From positions 1-39,924 of the IMG/VR virus record IMGVR_UViG_2778261064_000020: a stretch of 39,924 bases of DNA; one strand, 5' to 3'. The position numbers and the translations under genes are program-made. Under the pieces are notes generated by a model. The model was not told the DNA's origin, did no database searches, and was given only the letters and a program-made list of their open reading frames with translations. Shown here in pieces: positions 28,922 through 38,991 of the stretch (positions are counted from its first letter, which is position 1; each line of letters opens with the position of its first letter). The DNA is from a virus. Taxonomy: Duplodnaviria > Heunggongvirae > Uroviricota > Caudoviricetes.

Positions 28922-29614
28922 ATGTTATATGCATTTAAGCTGGGCAGAAAACTGCGCGGCGAGGAACCTTATTGCCCTGAAAAAGGCGGGAAAGGTGGCA
29001 GTTCTGATAAAAGCGCAAAGTATGCCGCAGAAGCTCAGAAGTATGCCGCAGACCTGCAAAATCAGCAGTGGCAGACGATCATGAAAAACCTTGCTCCGTT
29101 CACGCCGCTTGCGGAGCAGTATGTTAACCAGCTTCAGAATCTTTCCAGTTTAGAAGGTCAGGGGCAGGCACTTAATCAGTATTACAACTCTCAGCAGTAT
29201 AAAGACCTTGCAGGTCAGGCTCGTTACCAGAGTCTTGCTGCTGCGGAGGCGACGGGTGGACTTGGTTCGACAGCCACAAGCAATCAACTGGCTACGATCG
29301 CGCCGACTCTCGGTCAGTCTTGGTTATCAAACCAGATGAGCAATTACAACAATCTGGCAAACGTTGGGCTTGGTGCGCTGCAAGGTCAGGCAAACGCCGG
29401 GCAGACGTACGCCAACAACATGAGCAGCATTGCACAGCAAAGCGCAGCTCTTGCCGCTGCTAATGCCAATAAACCATCAGGCCTTCAGACAGCAATTAGC
29501 GGCGGAACGTCAGGTGCGATTGCCGGTGCAGGTCTTGCCAGCCTTTTGGGAACATCAACACCTTGGGGCGCTGGCATTGGTGCTGGTATCGGATTGCTTG
29601 GCTCGTTGTTTTAA
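28922..29614 (+). CDS. Ejection protein (P22 gp7-like)
   Basis: 230 aa; MLYAFKLGRKLRGEEPYCPEKGGKGGSSDKSAKYAAEAQKYA resembles the P22 gp7 N-terminus. Confidence 0.75.
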   Translation: MLYAFKLGRKLRGEEPYCPEKGGKGGSSDKSAKYAAEAQKYAADLQNQQWQTIMKNLAPFTPLAEQYVNQLQNLSSLEGQGQALNQYYNSQQYKDLAGQARYQSLAAAEATGGLGSTATSNQLATIAPTLGQSWLSNQMSNYNNLANVGLGALQGQANAGQTYANNMSSIAQQSAALAAANANKPSGLQTAISGGTSGAIAGAGLASLLGTSTPWGAGIGAGIGLLGSLF

Positions 29615-29623
29615 GGGGTAATC

Positions 29624-31030
29624 ATGTCTACTTGGCAAGGAACAAACGGCGGATTGTTGGCTGGTATCGGCGGCGTCAACTCAAACGCTCCGAGCGTAAA
29701 CGACATCGGCAATACGCTTCAGCTTATCAGGCAGAACAATGATATTGAGCGTTCAGGCGCTAACAATGTTGGGCTGACTGCTTTGCAAGGCCTTTCAGGT
29801 ATTGCGGGGGTGTTTCAGCAGGAAAAGCAGGCTCAGCGGCAGAAAGAATTTCAGCAGGCATACGCTAATGCTTATGCGTCTGGTGATCGCGGTGCTTTGC
29901 GTCAGTTGGCTACTCAATATCCAGACCAGATTGAATCCGTTCGTAAAGGCATGGGATTCATTGATGAAGAGCAGCGTAATTCTATCGGCACCTTAGCGGC
30001 TGGCGCACGCCTTGCGTCATCGTCTCCAGAAGCAATGCAATCATGGCTGCAAAACAACGCCAAGGAACTGACTCGCGTCGGTGTTGACCCTAACAGCGTT
30101 GCTCAGATGTATCAGCAGAATCCTTCAGGATTTGGTGAGTTTGTTGATCACCTTGGGATGGCTGCTCTCGGTCCGATTGACTACTTCAATGTTCAGGACA
30201 AGATGGCTGGTCGTGAGATTGACCGAGGCAGGCTGGCAGAGACAATCCGCAGCAATCAGGCTGGAGAGGCGCTTCAGGCGAGAGGGCAAAATCTTTCCTA
30301 TCAGTCAGCAATGACTGGTCACAATATCGCAGCGCAACGCTTGGCTCTGGATCAGCAAGAGTTCGGGTTTAAGATGCAGCAAGCGCAGGAAAAGGCTCAG
30401 CAGTTGATTAGCGAAGCACCTAAGCTGTCAGTAAACATGGAAAAAGGCATCGAGACGGCTGTAAACAATGCCACAGCATCATCAAACTCAGCCAATTCCA
30501 TGAGTGCGCTTGCTCAACAGTTCAGAGCAGAAAAACCAACGACAGGTTTGTTCGGTAACGCACAGAACATGTTCGCAAAACTTACCGGAAGCGATACGAC
30601 ATTGCGTGATTTGCGCATTCGCCAAAATGCCCTTGTTAACAGTCAGGTTCTTAAATTCCTACCTCCCGGCCCCGCAACGGATAAAGACGTTGAGATCGTT
30701 CGTCAGGGTGCACCAACTGACATGGATAACCCTGAGACGGTCGCAAGATGGCTTGATGCTATGGCAAACCTTGAGCGACGAAACGCGCAGTTTAATGAGT
30801 TTAAAGCCGAGTGGATGAGCGCGAATGGCAACCCTGGACAATCGCGTAATGGCGGTCAGATATTGGGGTTGGATGTTAAAAAAGGTGAATCATTGGGGAG
30901 TGCCGTTAAGCGGTATATGTCGATGAATACTGACGCAGCGCCAGCACAAGATTCGACACCTTCAGGAGAACCACGGAATCAGGTTGGATCATATACCTCA
31001 AAATCAGGCATTCAATTTACGGTGGAATGA
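29624..31030 (+). CDS. Ejection protein (P22 gp20-like)
   Basis: 468 aa; position and size. Confidence 0.7.
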   Translation: MSTWQGTNGGLLAGIGGVNSNAPSVNDIGNTLQLIRQNNDIERSGANNVGLTALQGLSGIAGVFQQEKQAQRQKEFQQAYANAYASGDRGALRQLATQYPDQIESVRKGMGFIDEEQRNSIGTLAAGARLASSSPEAMQSWLQNNAKELTRVGVDPNSVAQMYQQNPSGFGEFVDHLGMAALGPIDYFNVQDKMAGREIDRGRLAETIRSNQAGEALQARGQNLSYQSAMTGHNIAAQRLALDQQEFGFKMQQAQEKAQQLISEAPKLSVNMEKGIETAVNNATASSNSANSMSALAQQFRAEKPTTGLFGNAQNMFAKLTGSDTTLRDLRIRQNALVNSQVLKFLPPGPATDKDVEIVRQGAPTDMDNPETVARWLDAMANLERRNAQFNEFKAEWMSANGNPGQSRNGGQILGLDVKKGESLGSAVKRYMSMNTDAAPAQDSTPSGEPRNQVGSYTSKSGIQFTVE

Positions 31031-32874
31031 TGAAAGTAACTGCAAACGGTAAGACATTTACCTTTCCTGATGGTACGAGCACCGAAGATATTGGCACCGC
31101 CATTGATGAGTATTTTGCTGGTCAGGCTGTTCAGCAACAAACAGTTAATCAGGCCAATAATGCACCAACACGGGAAGAACCATCATTGATGCAACAAGCT
31201 GGCGATTGGCTCACTGGTGGTCAAAGTGCAGGGCAAATTGCAGAACAGGCTGGTCGTGGTCTGGTAAACATACCATTTGACGTATTGCAGGGTGGCGCAA
31301 GTCTGATTAATGCAATCAGTCAGGGGCTTGGTGGACCCAAGGTTTTGGATGATGTTTATCGTCCAGTAGACAGACCGACAGACCCCTACGCGCAAGCCGG
31401 TGAAACAATTGGTGGGTATTTAGTTCCAGGAGTTGGAACGGCAGGAAGCATGGCTATTGGCTCACTGGCAGAGGCCACAAATCAGAAAGGCGATTTCGCA
31501 CAAAATGCAGCTAAAAATGCCGGAGTTAACCTTGCCACTCAGGGTGTTCTTTCCGCAGCAGCAAAGGGAATAGGGCGTGGAATAACGGCTATAAAAGGTG
31601 ATATTGCGCCAGAAGTGGCGAAGAAAATTGCCACATCAGAATCGATGGGCGTGACACCAATGACATCTGATGTTATCCCGCCGAAAAATGCTTTCACTCG
31701 CGGCCTAACTCAGGATGCCGAGGGGGCTTTGCTCGGGACAGGCTCAAAGCGAGCGGAGCAATATGCAACGCGTAGTAAGTTGGTAAGTAATTATTTTGAC
31801 CGTTTTGGTGAGTACAACCCGGATGATGTGGTGAAATCTCTGACCACCACGTTAAGGGGACGGAAGGATGCCGCTGGCGCTGTTATCAATGACGTTACCA
31901 ATAAAATGGGTAATGCCGCAGTTGATACCACAAATACCATGAATGCTCTGAATACAGCGATCGCAAGACAGGAACGGCTTGGGACGTCTGCCAATCAAAG
32001 CCTGCTTACATCCTTGCGTAACCTACGTGAAGAATTAGCAAACCCTGCAACTGATTTGGATGTTACGTTTGATCTCTTGCGTCAGCACAGAACAGCATTT
32101 AGATCTAATGTTCAGGGAGATGCTATGGTCTTCCCCAACCAGGCAAAAGCAGCTACCAATATGGTAGAGAATGCAATGTCAAAAGATCTTCGTAACGCAG
32201 TTGCAAAAAACCTCGGTGCATCAGACGCAGCAAAATACCTTAAAGCAAATTCCGATTATGCAAACGTTTATAATAAGGTGCTTAATAAAAACATTGCTAA
32301 CAAGCTCAACAAGGCAAGCAGTGAAGCCAGTCCTGAACTTATAAATACCGTTGTATTAAGCAGAAAACCATCTGACGTGAAACGAATCTGGAGCGCACTG
32401 GATGATAAAGGGAAAGATGCTATGCGTGCAGCTTACGTCAGCAAAATAGCGGAAAAGGCCGGTGACTCTCCAGCCAAGTTCATCACTGAAGTTAATAAGC
32501 TGAAATCTCAGTCAGGCGGTGAAATTTACAACACTATTTTTTCAGGAAAGCACATGAAAGAGCTTGATGCTCTTCATGAAGTTCTACAGCAAACAGCAAG
32601 GTCAGACACCGCAAATGTAGTAACTCAGACGGGGCAATCGCAAGCCAACAGGATAAGGACGATTGGCGCAACTGCGACTCTTGGCGTATCAATGGGGCTT
32701 GAGGCTGGTTTCGGTGCAATGATGCGCTTGTATGAGTCCAAAGCAGCAAGGAATGCTCTCTTACGTCTGGCAAACACCAAAGCAGGAACACCAGCCTATG
32801 AAAGAGCGCTAAATAATGCTGCAAATGCGATACGCCCTATACTTTCAAGCCAAATTACAGCAGAACAGCAATAA
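31027..32874 (+). CDS. Ejection protein (P22 gp16-like)
   Basis: 615 aa; position and size. Confidence 0.7.
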   Translation: MMKVTANGKTFTFPDGTSTEDIGTAIDEYFAGQAVQQQTVNQANNAPTREEPSLMQQAGDWLTGGQSAGQIAEQAGRGLVNIPFDVLQGGASLINAISQGLGGPKVLDDVYRPVDRPTDPYAQAGETIGGYLVPGVGTAGSMAIGSLAEATNQKGDFAQNAAKNAGVNLATQGVLSAAAKGIGRGITAIKGDIAPEVAKKIATSESMGVTPMTSDVIPPKNAFTRGLTQDAEGALLGTGSKRAEQYATRSKLVSNYFDRFGEYNPDDVVKSLTTTLRGRKDAAGAVINDVTNKMGNAAVDTTNTMNALNTAIARQERLGTSANQSLLTSLRNLREELANPATDLDVTFDLLRQHRTAFRSNVQGDAMVFPNQAKAATNMVENAMSKDLRNAVAKNLGASDAAKYLKANSDYANVYNKVLNKNIANKLNKASSEASPELINTVVLSRKPSDVKRIWSALDDKGKDAMRAAYVSKIAEKAGDSPAKFITEVNKLKSQSGGEIYNTIFSGKHMKELDALHEVLQQTARSDTANVVTQTGQSQANRIRTIGATATLGVSMGLEAGFGAMMRLYESKAARNALLRLANTKAGTPAYERALNNAANAIRPILSSQITAEQQ

Positions 32875-32888
32875 AAGATAAGATATAA

Positions 32889-33374
32889 CTACCTGATATT
32901 ACTGCTACTGTTGCATGTTACCGTGTTTCCAAATCCTGAATTGCAGTTTGTATATGTGTCAACGCGTGTTGGGTAAGGTTGAGTTATAACAGGCTGGCGC
33001 GCTTTTTGCTCGATCGCTTGCATTGTGTTTACAGCCTGATAATTCAATAAAGCCTGCTGGAATGCTTGGCTTTGTGCTATTTGTTGTGCTTGTTCTTGGC
33101 TTTGTAATTGAACATAAAGATTCTGAAGTTCAAGTCTTGCCTGTGTGTCACTTATCTTGCCTTCATCGACACCTTGCCCGAGCATCTTCGCAGCAAGGAC
33201 ATACAGCTTAGGTGTTGGTGCTGATGCCATGCGAGAGTCGTTCTTCAAGCTGGCATCAAGGCAATTAGCCATATCGCTAAGCTTTGGATAGCGTTGCTCG
33301 CAACTTGCCTGATAGTCGCTTACTTTTGCGCACCCAGCCAGCAGAAGCGGGATAATTAACAGTGATTTTTTCAT
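32889..33374 (-). CDS. Lipoprotein of unknown function (moron in the sieA slot)
   Basis: Start at MKKSLLIIPLLLAGC with AAGGAGAG ribosome-binding site; signal peptide plus lipobox LLAGC; Gln-rich helical middle; Cys-containing C-terminus. Confidence 0.6.
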   Translation of the reverse strand: MKKSLLIIPLLLAGCAKVSDYQASCEQRYPKLSDMANCLDASLKNDSRMASAPTPKLYVLAAKMLGQGVDEGKISDTQARLELQNLYVQLQSQEQAQQIAQSQAFQQALLNYQAVNTMQAIEQKARQPVITQPYPTRVDTYTNCNSGFGNTVTCNSSSNIR

Positions 33375-33408
33375 ATAATTAACTCTCCTTAGTTTTGCGC
33401 AGGATACC

Positions 33409-33774
33409 ATGAAAAAAGTTAACATTGGAAACGTACCAAAGATGCTCGTACCGCTCTTTGAGAGCGGTACAATTGTGTTTTGTAGAGACTTTCCAGAATG
33501 GCAACGCCTGCATCAAAAACTTGGCGTTGACGTGCATGACTCGGACGCCAACGGAGCGTCTCATACAATGAGTAGCGAGAATGGTGTTTTGCATGTGATA
33601 GGCGTGTTCAATGGCAAACTATCTACTATTGCCCATGAGTGCGCTCACATGGCATTCGATATCTGCTCAAGGGTAGGTGTTGATGTTGAACCAGGAAGAG
33701 CCAACGAGACTTACTGCTACTTAATGAGCAGGCTTGTTGAGTTCTGCGAGCGACATATCAAAAAGCCGGAGTGA
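33409..33774 (+). CDS. Small HExxH-motif protein, putative Zn-metallopeptidase-like
   Basis: 121 aa; IAHECAHMAFD contains HExxH with a Glu 19 residues downstream (gluzincin-like spacing); AGGA ribosome-binding site; divergent from the lipoprotein gene with only 34 nt between start codons. Confidence 0.5.
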   Translation: MKKVNIGNVPKMLVPLFESGTIVFCRDFPEWQRLHQKLGVDVHDSDANGASHTMSSENGVLHVIGVFNGKLSTIAHECAHMAFDICSRVGVDVEPGRANETYCYLMSRLVEFCERHIKKPE

Positions 33775-33787
33775 CCCGGCTTGATTA

Positions 33788-33967
33788 TTACTTTTTGCTG
33801 TCTGGAGTTCGCTTATCCAATACCCAGCCATGACCTGGCTTTGTTGTTGGTGGAAGCCTTTCGTTGTCCTTGACGGTGGCAAAATTGTCTTTCTTACCGC
33901 CGCGTGGGCCAACTTCTTGGTATATTCCGCCGTTTTTCCCTGTGTTTTCACCTGGTTTTTTCGCCAT
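33788..33967 (-). CDS. Small hypothetical protein (59 aa), possibly YjzC-like
   Basis: MAKKPGENTGKNGGIYQEVGPRGGKKDNFATVKDNERLPPTTKPGHGW...; GAGGT ribosome-binding site; convergent with the HExxH gene. Family assignment is tentative. Confidence 0.45.
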   Translation of the reverse strand: MAKKPGENTGKNGGIYQEVGPRGGKKDNFATVKDNERLPPTTKPGHGWVLDKRTPDSKK

Positions 33968-34066
33968 GATATACCTCAACATACACCCGCTATTGGGCGA
34001 TTAAATATTGATCTCATTTTATAAGTAGTCAATATGGCCCAGGTAAATGCAAAAATTAACTCACCG

Positions 34067-34318
34067 TCAGGTGGTTTTTTTGTACAAATCCTTCAGCGTA
34101 TCAAACACCATCTTCTTAACAAGATCTGACTGCTCATCAGCGAGTCGTTCTGCATCGTCACGATATCCAGTCACAGGCGATGGTTTTGATAGAGCATCTT
34201 GGACGATTTGTAACAACTCGGAGTTCATTGATCTCCCATTCGCCTCCGCCCTGAATTTTAATTTCTCCCTTACTTCCATAGGCATACGGAAGTTAAAGTG
34301 CGGATCATCTCTAGCCAT
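34067..34318 (-). CDS. mnt: Mnt repressor (ribbon-helix-helix, immI)
   Basis: 83 aa MARDDPHFNFRMPMEVREKLKFRAEANGRSMNSELLQIVQDALSKPSPVTGYR..., P22 Mnt. Confidence 0.9.
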   Translation of the reverse strand: MARDDPHFNFRMPMEVREKLKFRAEANGRSMNSELLQIVQDALSKPSPVTGYRDDAERLADEQSDLVKKMVFDTLKDLYKKTT

Positions 34319-34408
34319 GCCATCACTCCAAGTTAGTGTGTTGACATGATAGAAGCACTCTACTATATTCTCAATAGGTCCACGGTGGACCTATATTGTG
34401 AGGTGAAT

Positions 34409-34570
34409 ATGAAAGGAATGAGCAAGATGCCGCAGTTCAATTTGCGGTGGCCTAAAGAAGTATTGGATTTGGTACGCAAGGTGGCGGAAGAGAATGGTCG
34501 GTCTGTTAACTCTGAGATTTATCAGAGAGTAATGGAAAGCTTTAAGAAGGAAGGGCGCATTGGCGCGTAA
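34409..34570 (+). CDS. arc: Arc repressor (ribbon-helix-helix, immI)
   Basis: [54 protein letters not shown]22 Arc; the track ORF has a spurious N-terminal extension. Confidence 0.9.
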   Translation: MKGMSKMPQFNLRWPKEVLDLVRKVAEENGRSVNSEIYQRVMESFKKEGRIGA

Positions 34571-34638
34571 AGTTGAAGCCCCAACTGCTGGAACAGTCAG
34601 GGCTTCGGTTGTCAGTAAATCCGTGGAGAAAAACCAAC

Positions 34639-35574
34639 ATGAATAGTATAGCAATTTTAGAAGCAGTGAACACCTCTTACGTACCATTCAACGGTCAGCA
34701 AATTATCACCGCCATGGCTGCCGGAGTTGCATATGTTGCGATGAAGCCAATCGTTGAAAACCTTGGAATGAGCTGGTCAACGCAGCAAACAAAACTCATG
34801 AAGCAGATTAGCAAATTCAACTGTGTTCATATGAACATGGTTGCCGCTGATGGGAAGCTTCGTAAGCTACTCTGCCTTCCTTTGAAGAAGTTAAATGGAT
34901 GGCTGTTCAGCATCAACCCTGAGAAAGTTCGTGCTGACATCCGTGATAAACTGATTCAGTACCAGGAGGAATGCTTTAGCGTGCTGCATGACTACTGGAC
35001 TAAAGGCCATGTAGTTAACCCACGCAAAGCTAAAAAGGCGTTGCCGGGTAAAATCACCACTGAACAGCAGGAAGCCATTAAACAACTCGTCATGAGTCGC
35101 GGTCAGTCTCTGCCAAAAGAAAAACAGGCTAAGGCGATGATCACCATGTGGTCGTCACTGAAATCCCATTTTGGATGTTCGTACAAAGAAATCAGTGAGG
35201 AGCAGTTTACAGAAGCACTGTCACTTGCAGCTCGAGTTCCACTTGAAGGCGAGTTTATCGGCAAACAAGAGAAGAAAGCAAACGAGCTTTCTGCAAAAGA
35301 AGCAAACAGCCTTGTATGGTTATGGGATTATGCTAACCGTTCACAGGCATTATTCCGCGAACTGTATCCGGCGCTAAAACAAATTCAATCGAACTATTCC
35401 GGCAGATGCTACGACTACGGTCATGAATTCTCGTATGTTATCGGAATGGCGAGAGACGTTTTAATAAACCACACACGAGATATTGATATTAATGAGCCAG
35501 ACGGACCAACGAATCTTTCCGCATGGATGAGACTTAAGAATAAAGAATTACCTCCTTCAGTACATAACTACTGA
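34639..35574 (+). CDS. ant: Antirepressor Ant
   Basis: [53 protein letters not shown]... matches the P22 Ant N-terminus. Confidence 0.85.
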   Translation: MNSIAILEAVNTSYVPFNGQQIITAMAAGVAYVAMKPIVENLGMSWSTQQTKLMKQISKFNCVHMNMVAADGKLRKLLCLPLKKLNGWLFSINPEKVRADIRDKLIQYQEECFSVLHDYWTKGHVVNPRKAKKALPGKITTEQQEAIKQLVMSRGQSLPKEKQAKAMITMWSSLKSHFGCSYKEISEEQFTEALSLAARVPLEGEFIGKQEKKANELSAKEANSLVWLWDYANRSQALFRELYPALKQIQSNYSGRCYDYGHEFSYVIGMARDVLINHTRDIDINEPDGPTNLSAWMRLKNKELPPSVHNY

Positions 35575-35593
35575 CAGATAACCAACGCAACGA

Positions 35594-35617
35594 CCCAGCT
35601 TCGGCTGGGTTTTTTTA
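35594..35617 (+). terminator. Rho-independent terminator after ant
   Basis: CCCAGC-TTCG-GCTGGG followed by TTTTTTTT. Confidence 0.75.
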
Positions 35618-35674
35618 TGCCCAAAATTCACCGTAGCCATGCTGCGGCGATTCATTGTATCTGGAGCAAATTAA

Positions 35675-37435
35675 ATGACAGACATTACAGCCAATGTTGT
35701 AATTGGGATGCCTTCGCAACTCTTCACTATGGCTCGTTCTTTTAAAGCCGTAGCCAATGGCAAAATTTATATCGGTAAAATTGACACTGACCCGGTAAAT
35801 CCAGAAAACCAGATTCAGGTTTATGTAGAGAATGAAGACGGCTCTCACGTTCCTGTATCGCAACCAATCATCATTAACGCTGCTGGTTACCCGGTATATA
35901 ACGGACAGATTGCCAAGTTCGTAACTGTGCAAGGCCATTCTATGGCTGTTTATGATGCGTATGGTGCACAGCAGTTCTATTTTCCCAGCGTTCTAAAATA
36001 TGACCCAGACCAGTTCAAATATCAGCTATCAGGTGCTGGGGGCGCATCGATGATTGGAACGGAAAGACAGGGTAATCTGCAAGAAGTTGCGAATGCAATA
36101 AATACAAGTAAAAACATAGGTGAATTTAATTCAAATATAAATAATTTACTTGCTCATGTTACCGATTCAATTATTTCAGACGATTCATTTATTATACCAT
36201 CATTTGCCACTTTAAGTGGCGCTCCTGGATTTCTTACAGGGTTCATTGGAACTACGTATTCAAAGAATAAAACAATACGTAAATCCAGCAACACATCTGC
36301 AACCCTTACCAACCAGGACCCTAATGCAGGAAGCCAAACTGTTGATGCCGTTGTTTATCAAGATCCTGCATGGCCTAATGGATCTGTTTTTCCGCAGAAA
36401 ACAACTATAAAAAATATTACACTGGAGGGTAATTCAGCCTCAAGCAAGAACGATGCGGGAATATTTGTTCTTCAAGGTGGTGTTTTAGATATCGAGAACG
36501 TTGATGTAATCAATTGCCGAAATGCGTTTTGGGGAAAGGATATCTGGCAAAGCAGTATAGCGAGAGTGTTTTCTAATGATGGAAAAATCAGGATTGATGG
36601 CGGCACGTCTGTAACTCTGAGAGGTTGCGGATTAGCGTCAAGTGACACCACCAGGCCTGGGGCATTTGATTTAAATAATCTAAAGTATTCCTCACTGATA
36701 AACTGCACATCAGATAACACAACAAATACGGCATTCTCATTCAATGGTTGTCATGGGATTGTAGTAGATGCATGTGGTTGTGAGGGTGCAGGAACAACAA
36801 CCGCAGATACTGCTACAGCACTAAACTTTATCGATAACAACCATGGCATCATTGTTAATAGTTTTGTTTGCGTACCAGTTGTAGGCCAAGGGCCAGCAAT
36901 TATAGCGTTTGGTTCTAATAACGATGTGATCATTAACAATCCAGAACTTGCATTTGGCATTACCTATAATGTTGATATTTATATTCACGGACCGGGTAAT
37001 AGAATAACTATAAATGGTGGAAGATTTGGAGCAAATGGAGATGCTCTTCCGATTATTGTTGCGTCAGACAGTGCTGTAGGATCAATAGTCATATACAATT
37101 CAAATAATGGCATTAGACATTTATACTCAGTGAAAGCAGCAGGAATTGTGACTCAAATACAGGAATTCAGGCCTATAGTTTCAGCTGTAATTGATGGGAC
37201 AACCGGAAACGTAACAAAGGGATATGGAGTTGACTCAGTTCAAAAAACAGGCGATGGGGCCTATACAGTACATTTCACAAGTCAAGTGGCAACTGGATAT
37301 TCAATCCAGCAATTAAGTTCGGTTGGATTTGTTCAGGTTGCATCATTTACTGATAACGCAATAGCATTTACGCTGCTGAATCCTAGCCTGACAGCTACTG
37401 ATTCGTCATTCTCAATAAATATAAATGGCTGGTAG
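35675..37435 (+). CDS. Tailspike protein: P22 gp9-type N-terminal head-binding domain fused to a distinct beta-helix receptor-binding domain
   Basis: N-terminal ~110 aa ([11 protein letters not shown]...[35 protein letters not shown]...[12 protein letters not shown]) match P22 gp9; the remaining ~470 aa are unrelated and rich in N/G/I/V repeats, typical of a beta-helix. Confidence 0.85.
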   Translation: MTDITANVVIGMPSQLFTMARSFKAVANGKIYIGKIDTDPVNPENQIQVYVENEDGSHVPVSQPIIINAAGYPVYNGQIAKFVTVQGHSMAVYDAYGAQQFYFPSVLKYDPDQFKYQLSGAGGASMIGTERQGNLQEVANAINTSKNIGEFNSNINNLLAHVTDSIISDDSFIIPSFATLSGAPGFLTGFIGTTYSKNKTIRKSSNTSATLTNQDPNAGSQTVDAVVYQDPAWPNGSVFPQKTTIKNITLEGNSASSKNDAGIFVLQGGVLDIENVDVINCRNAFWGKDIWQSSIARVFSNDGKIRIDGGTSVTLRGCGLASSDTTRPGAFDLNNLKYSSLINCTSDNTTNTAFSFNGCHGIVVDACGCEGAGTTTADTATALNFIDNNHGIIVNSFVCVPVVGQGPAIIAFGSNNDVIINNPELAFGITYNVDIYIHGPGNRITINGGRFGANGDALPIIVASDSAVGSIVIYNSNNGIRHLYSVKAAGIVTQIQEFRPIVSAVIDGTTGNVTKGYGVDSVQKTGDGAYTVHFTSQVATGYSIQQLSSVGFVQVASFTDNAIAFTLLNPSLTATDSSFSININGW

Positions 37436-37522
37436 AAATGACATAATGAGACAAAACTCTGGTACACAAAGCTTTGCACTGGATTGCAAGTCTTTGTTCT
37501 ATTCGATAGGGGTTAAGGTGGA

Positions 37523-38680
37523 TCACTCCACCTTTTCATCAAGCCAATCTGCCCACCACTGCATCATTTCTCTGCGCTTGTCGAGATACTGAGCGTGGTT
37601 GTAAATCCCGCGCACAGATCCGCCGTTGGCATGTGCCAGTTGCACTTCAATAGCATCAGCAGGCCATTCGTGCTCGTTCATAATCGTGCTGAATTCATGC
37701 CTGAATCCGTGACCGCTTTCCAGCCCTTCATAGCCAATTTGTTTGATCACAAGCAATACCGCGTTCTCGCAGATTGGCTTCTTCTTATCGTTGCGCCCGG
37801 CAAAAACAAACTCTGAGACTGGTTTGGTGATTGAGCTTAGCGTAGTGAGAAGTTCAACCACCTGGTCTGACATCGGGACCACATGAATTTTGCGTCCCTT
37901 CATCACACTGGCGTCGATGGTGATAATCCTGTTTTCAAAATCGACGTTCTTCCATAGCATGGAACGAAGCTCTTTTGTTCTTAGGGCTGTGTAGCGTAAA
38001 ACTTTGGTCGCAATGAGCGATACGATACTTCCTGAAAATGTTGCCAGTGCTTTGTTGAATGCCGGGATCTGGTCTGCAGGAAGAAACGGGAAGTTCTTCT
38101 TGCGGTATCCCTTCATGGCGTCAGCAAGGTCAGGTGCTGGGTTATATTTAGCCCTTCCGGTGACAATAGCGTAACGGAAAACCTCGCCGCATCTTCTGCG
38201 GGCTTTATTTGCTCGCTCCATTGCACCGCGATCTTCAAATCTGCGGATTACTTCCAGCAGTTGCATCGGCTCAATATCCTGAATCTCAAGACCGCCGATG
38301 ATGGGTAAAATGTCGTCATCAAACATTTTTGCAAGTTCAGTCGCATACCCTACTGACCAGACTTGCTTCTTGTGTTCGTACCATTCCTTGTAAATTGCAC
38401 TAAAGGAATTGTTGTTAGACGAAGCCTTTTTCGCCTTTACCGGATCGATGCCAACCGAGATGTCTTTCCTCGCAGTCCATGCCTTATCCCTTGCTTCCTG
38501 CAAAGTCATAAGCGGATATTTTCCTACGGTCAGGATTTTCTCCTTACCGTCAATCTTGTAGCGAAGCTGCCATACCTTTTTCCCTGATACAGGGACATAA
38601 AGGTACAGGCCATTACCATCGAGAAGGCGGTATGGTTTTTCTTTCGGCTTTGCTGCTTCAATCTGCTTAACGGTGAGCAT
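37523..38680 (-). CDS. intS: Tyrosine integrase, P4/IntS type (argW-specific)
   Basis: Matches E. coli IntS as recalled (MLTVKQIEAAKPKEKPYRLLDGNGLYLYVPVSGKKVWQLRYKIDGKEK...); C-terminal R...HGFRH...Y catalytic residues; an in-frame upstream Met at 38716 is also possible. Confidence 0.85.
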   Translation of the reverse strand: MLTVKQIEAAKPKEKPYRLLDGNGLYLYVPVSGKKVWQLRYKIDGKEKILTVGKYPLMTLQEARDKAWTARKDISVGIDPVKAKKASSNNNSFSAIYKEWYEHKKQVWSVGYATELAKMFDDDILPIIGGLEIQDIEPMQLLEVIRRFEDRGAMERANKARRRCGEVFRYAIVTGRAKYNPAPDLADAMKGYRKKNFPFLPADQIPAFNKALATFSGSIVSLIATKVLRYTALRTKELRSMLWKNVDFENRIITIDASVMKGRKIHVVPMSDQVVELLTTLSSITKPVSEFVFAGRNDKKKPICENAVLLVIKQIGYEGLESGHGFRHEFSTIMNEHEWPADAIEVQLAHANGGSVRGIYNHAQYLDKRREMMQWWADWLDEKVE

Positions 38681-38835
38681 GGGTAAAAATCCGGTGGGTA
38701 AAATTATTTTATCCACTTTTTACCCGTCATGGAGTGCGGCTGTCAACGATCTGACGCGAACCATGACGAACTGTGAATCTACGGAAGGCTTGATATTCAG
38801 GGGATTTTGCGGACTGGTACGGATGGAGGCGAACT

Positions 38836-38856
38836 GATAAATGGTGTCCCCTGCAG
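38836..38856. repeat. Prophage att core copy overlapping the argW 3' end
   Basis: Exact 21-bp direct repeat of 1678-1698. Confidence 0.85.
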
Positions 38857-38916
38857 GAATCGAACCTGCAATTAGCCCTTAGGAGGGGCTCGTTATATCC
38901 ATTTAACTAAGAGGAC
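38842..38916 (-). tRNA. argW: tRNA-Arg (anticodon CCU)
   Basis: Reverse complement reads GTCCTCTTAGTTAAATGGATATAACGAGCCCCTCCTAAGGGCTAATTGCAGGTTCGATTCCTGCAGGGGACACCA; canonical cloverleaf with CCT anticodon. Confidence 0.9.
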
Positions 38917-38991
38917 AATGCGGCATGAGTATACCCGCTAATGCTCAGCGGGGTAAGTACACTGCCGCTCGATTGCTTAAACCCTCGCCAT

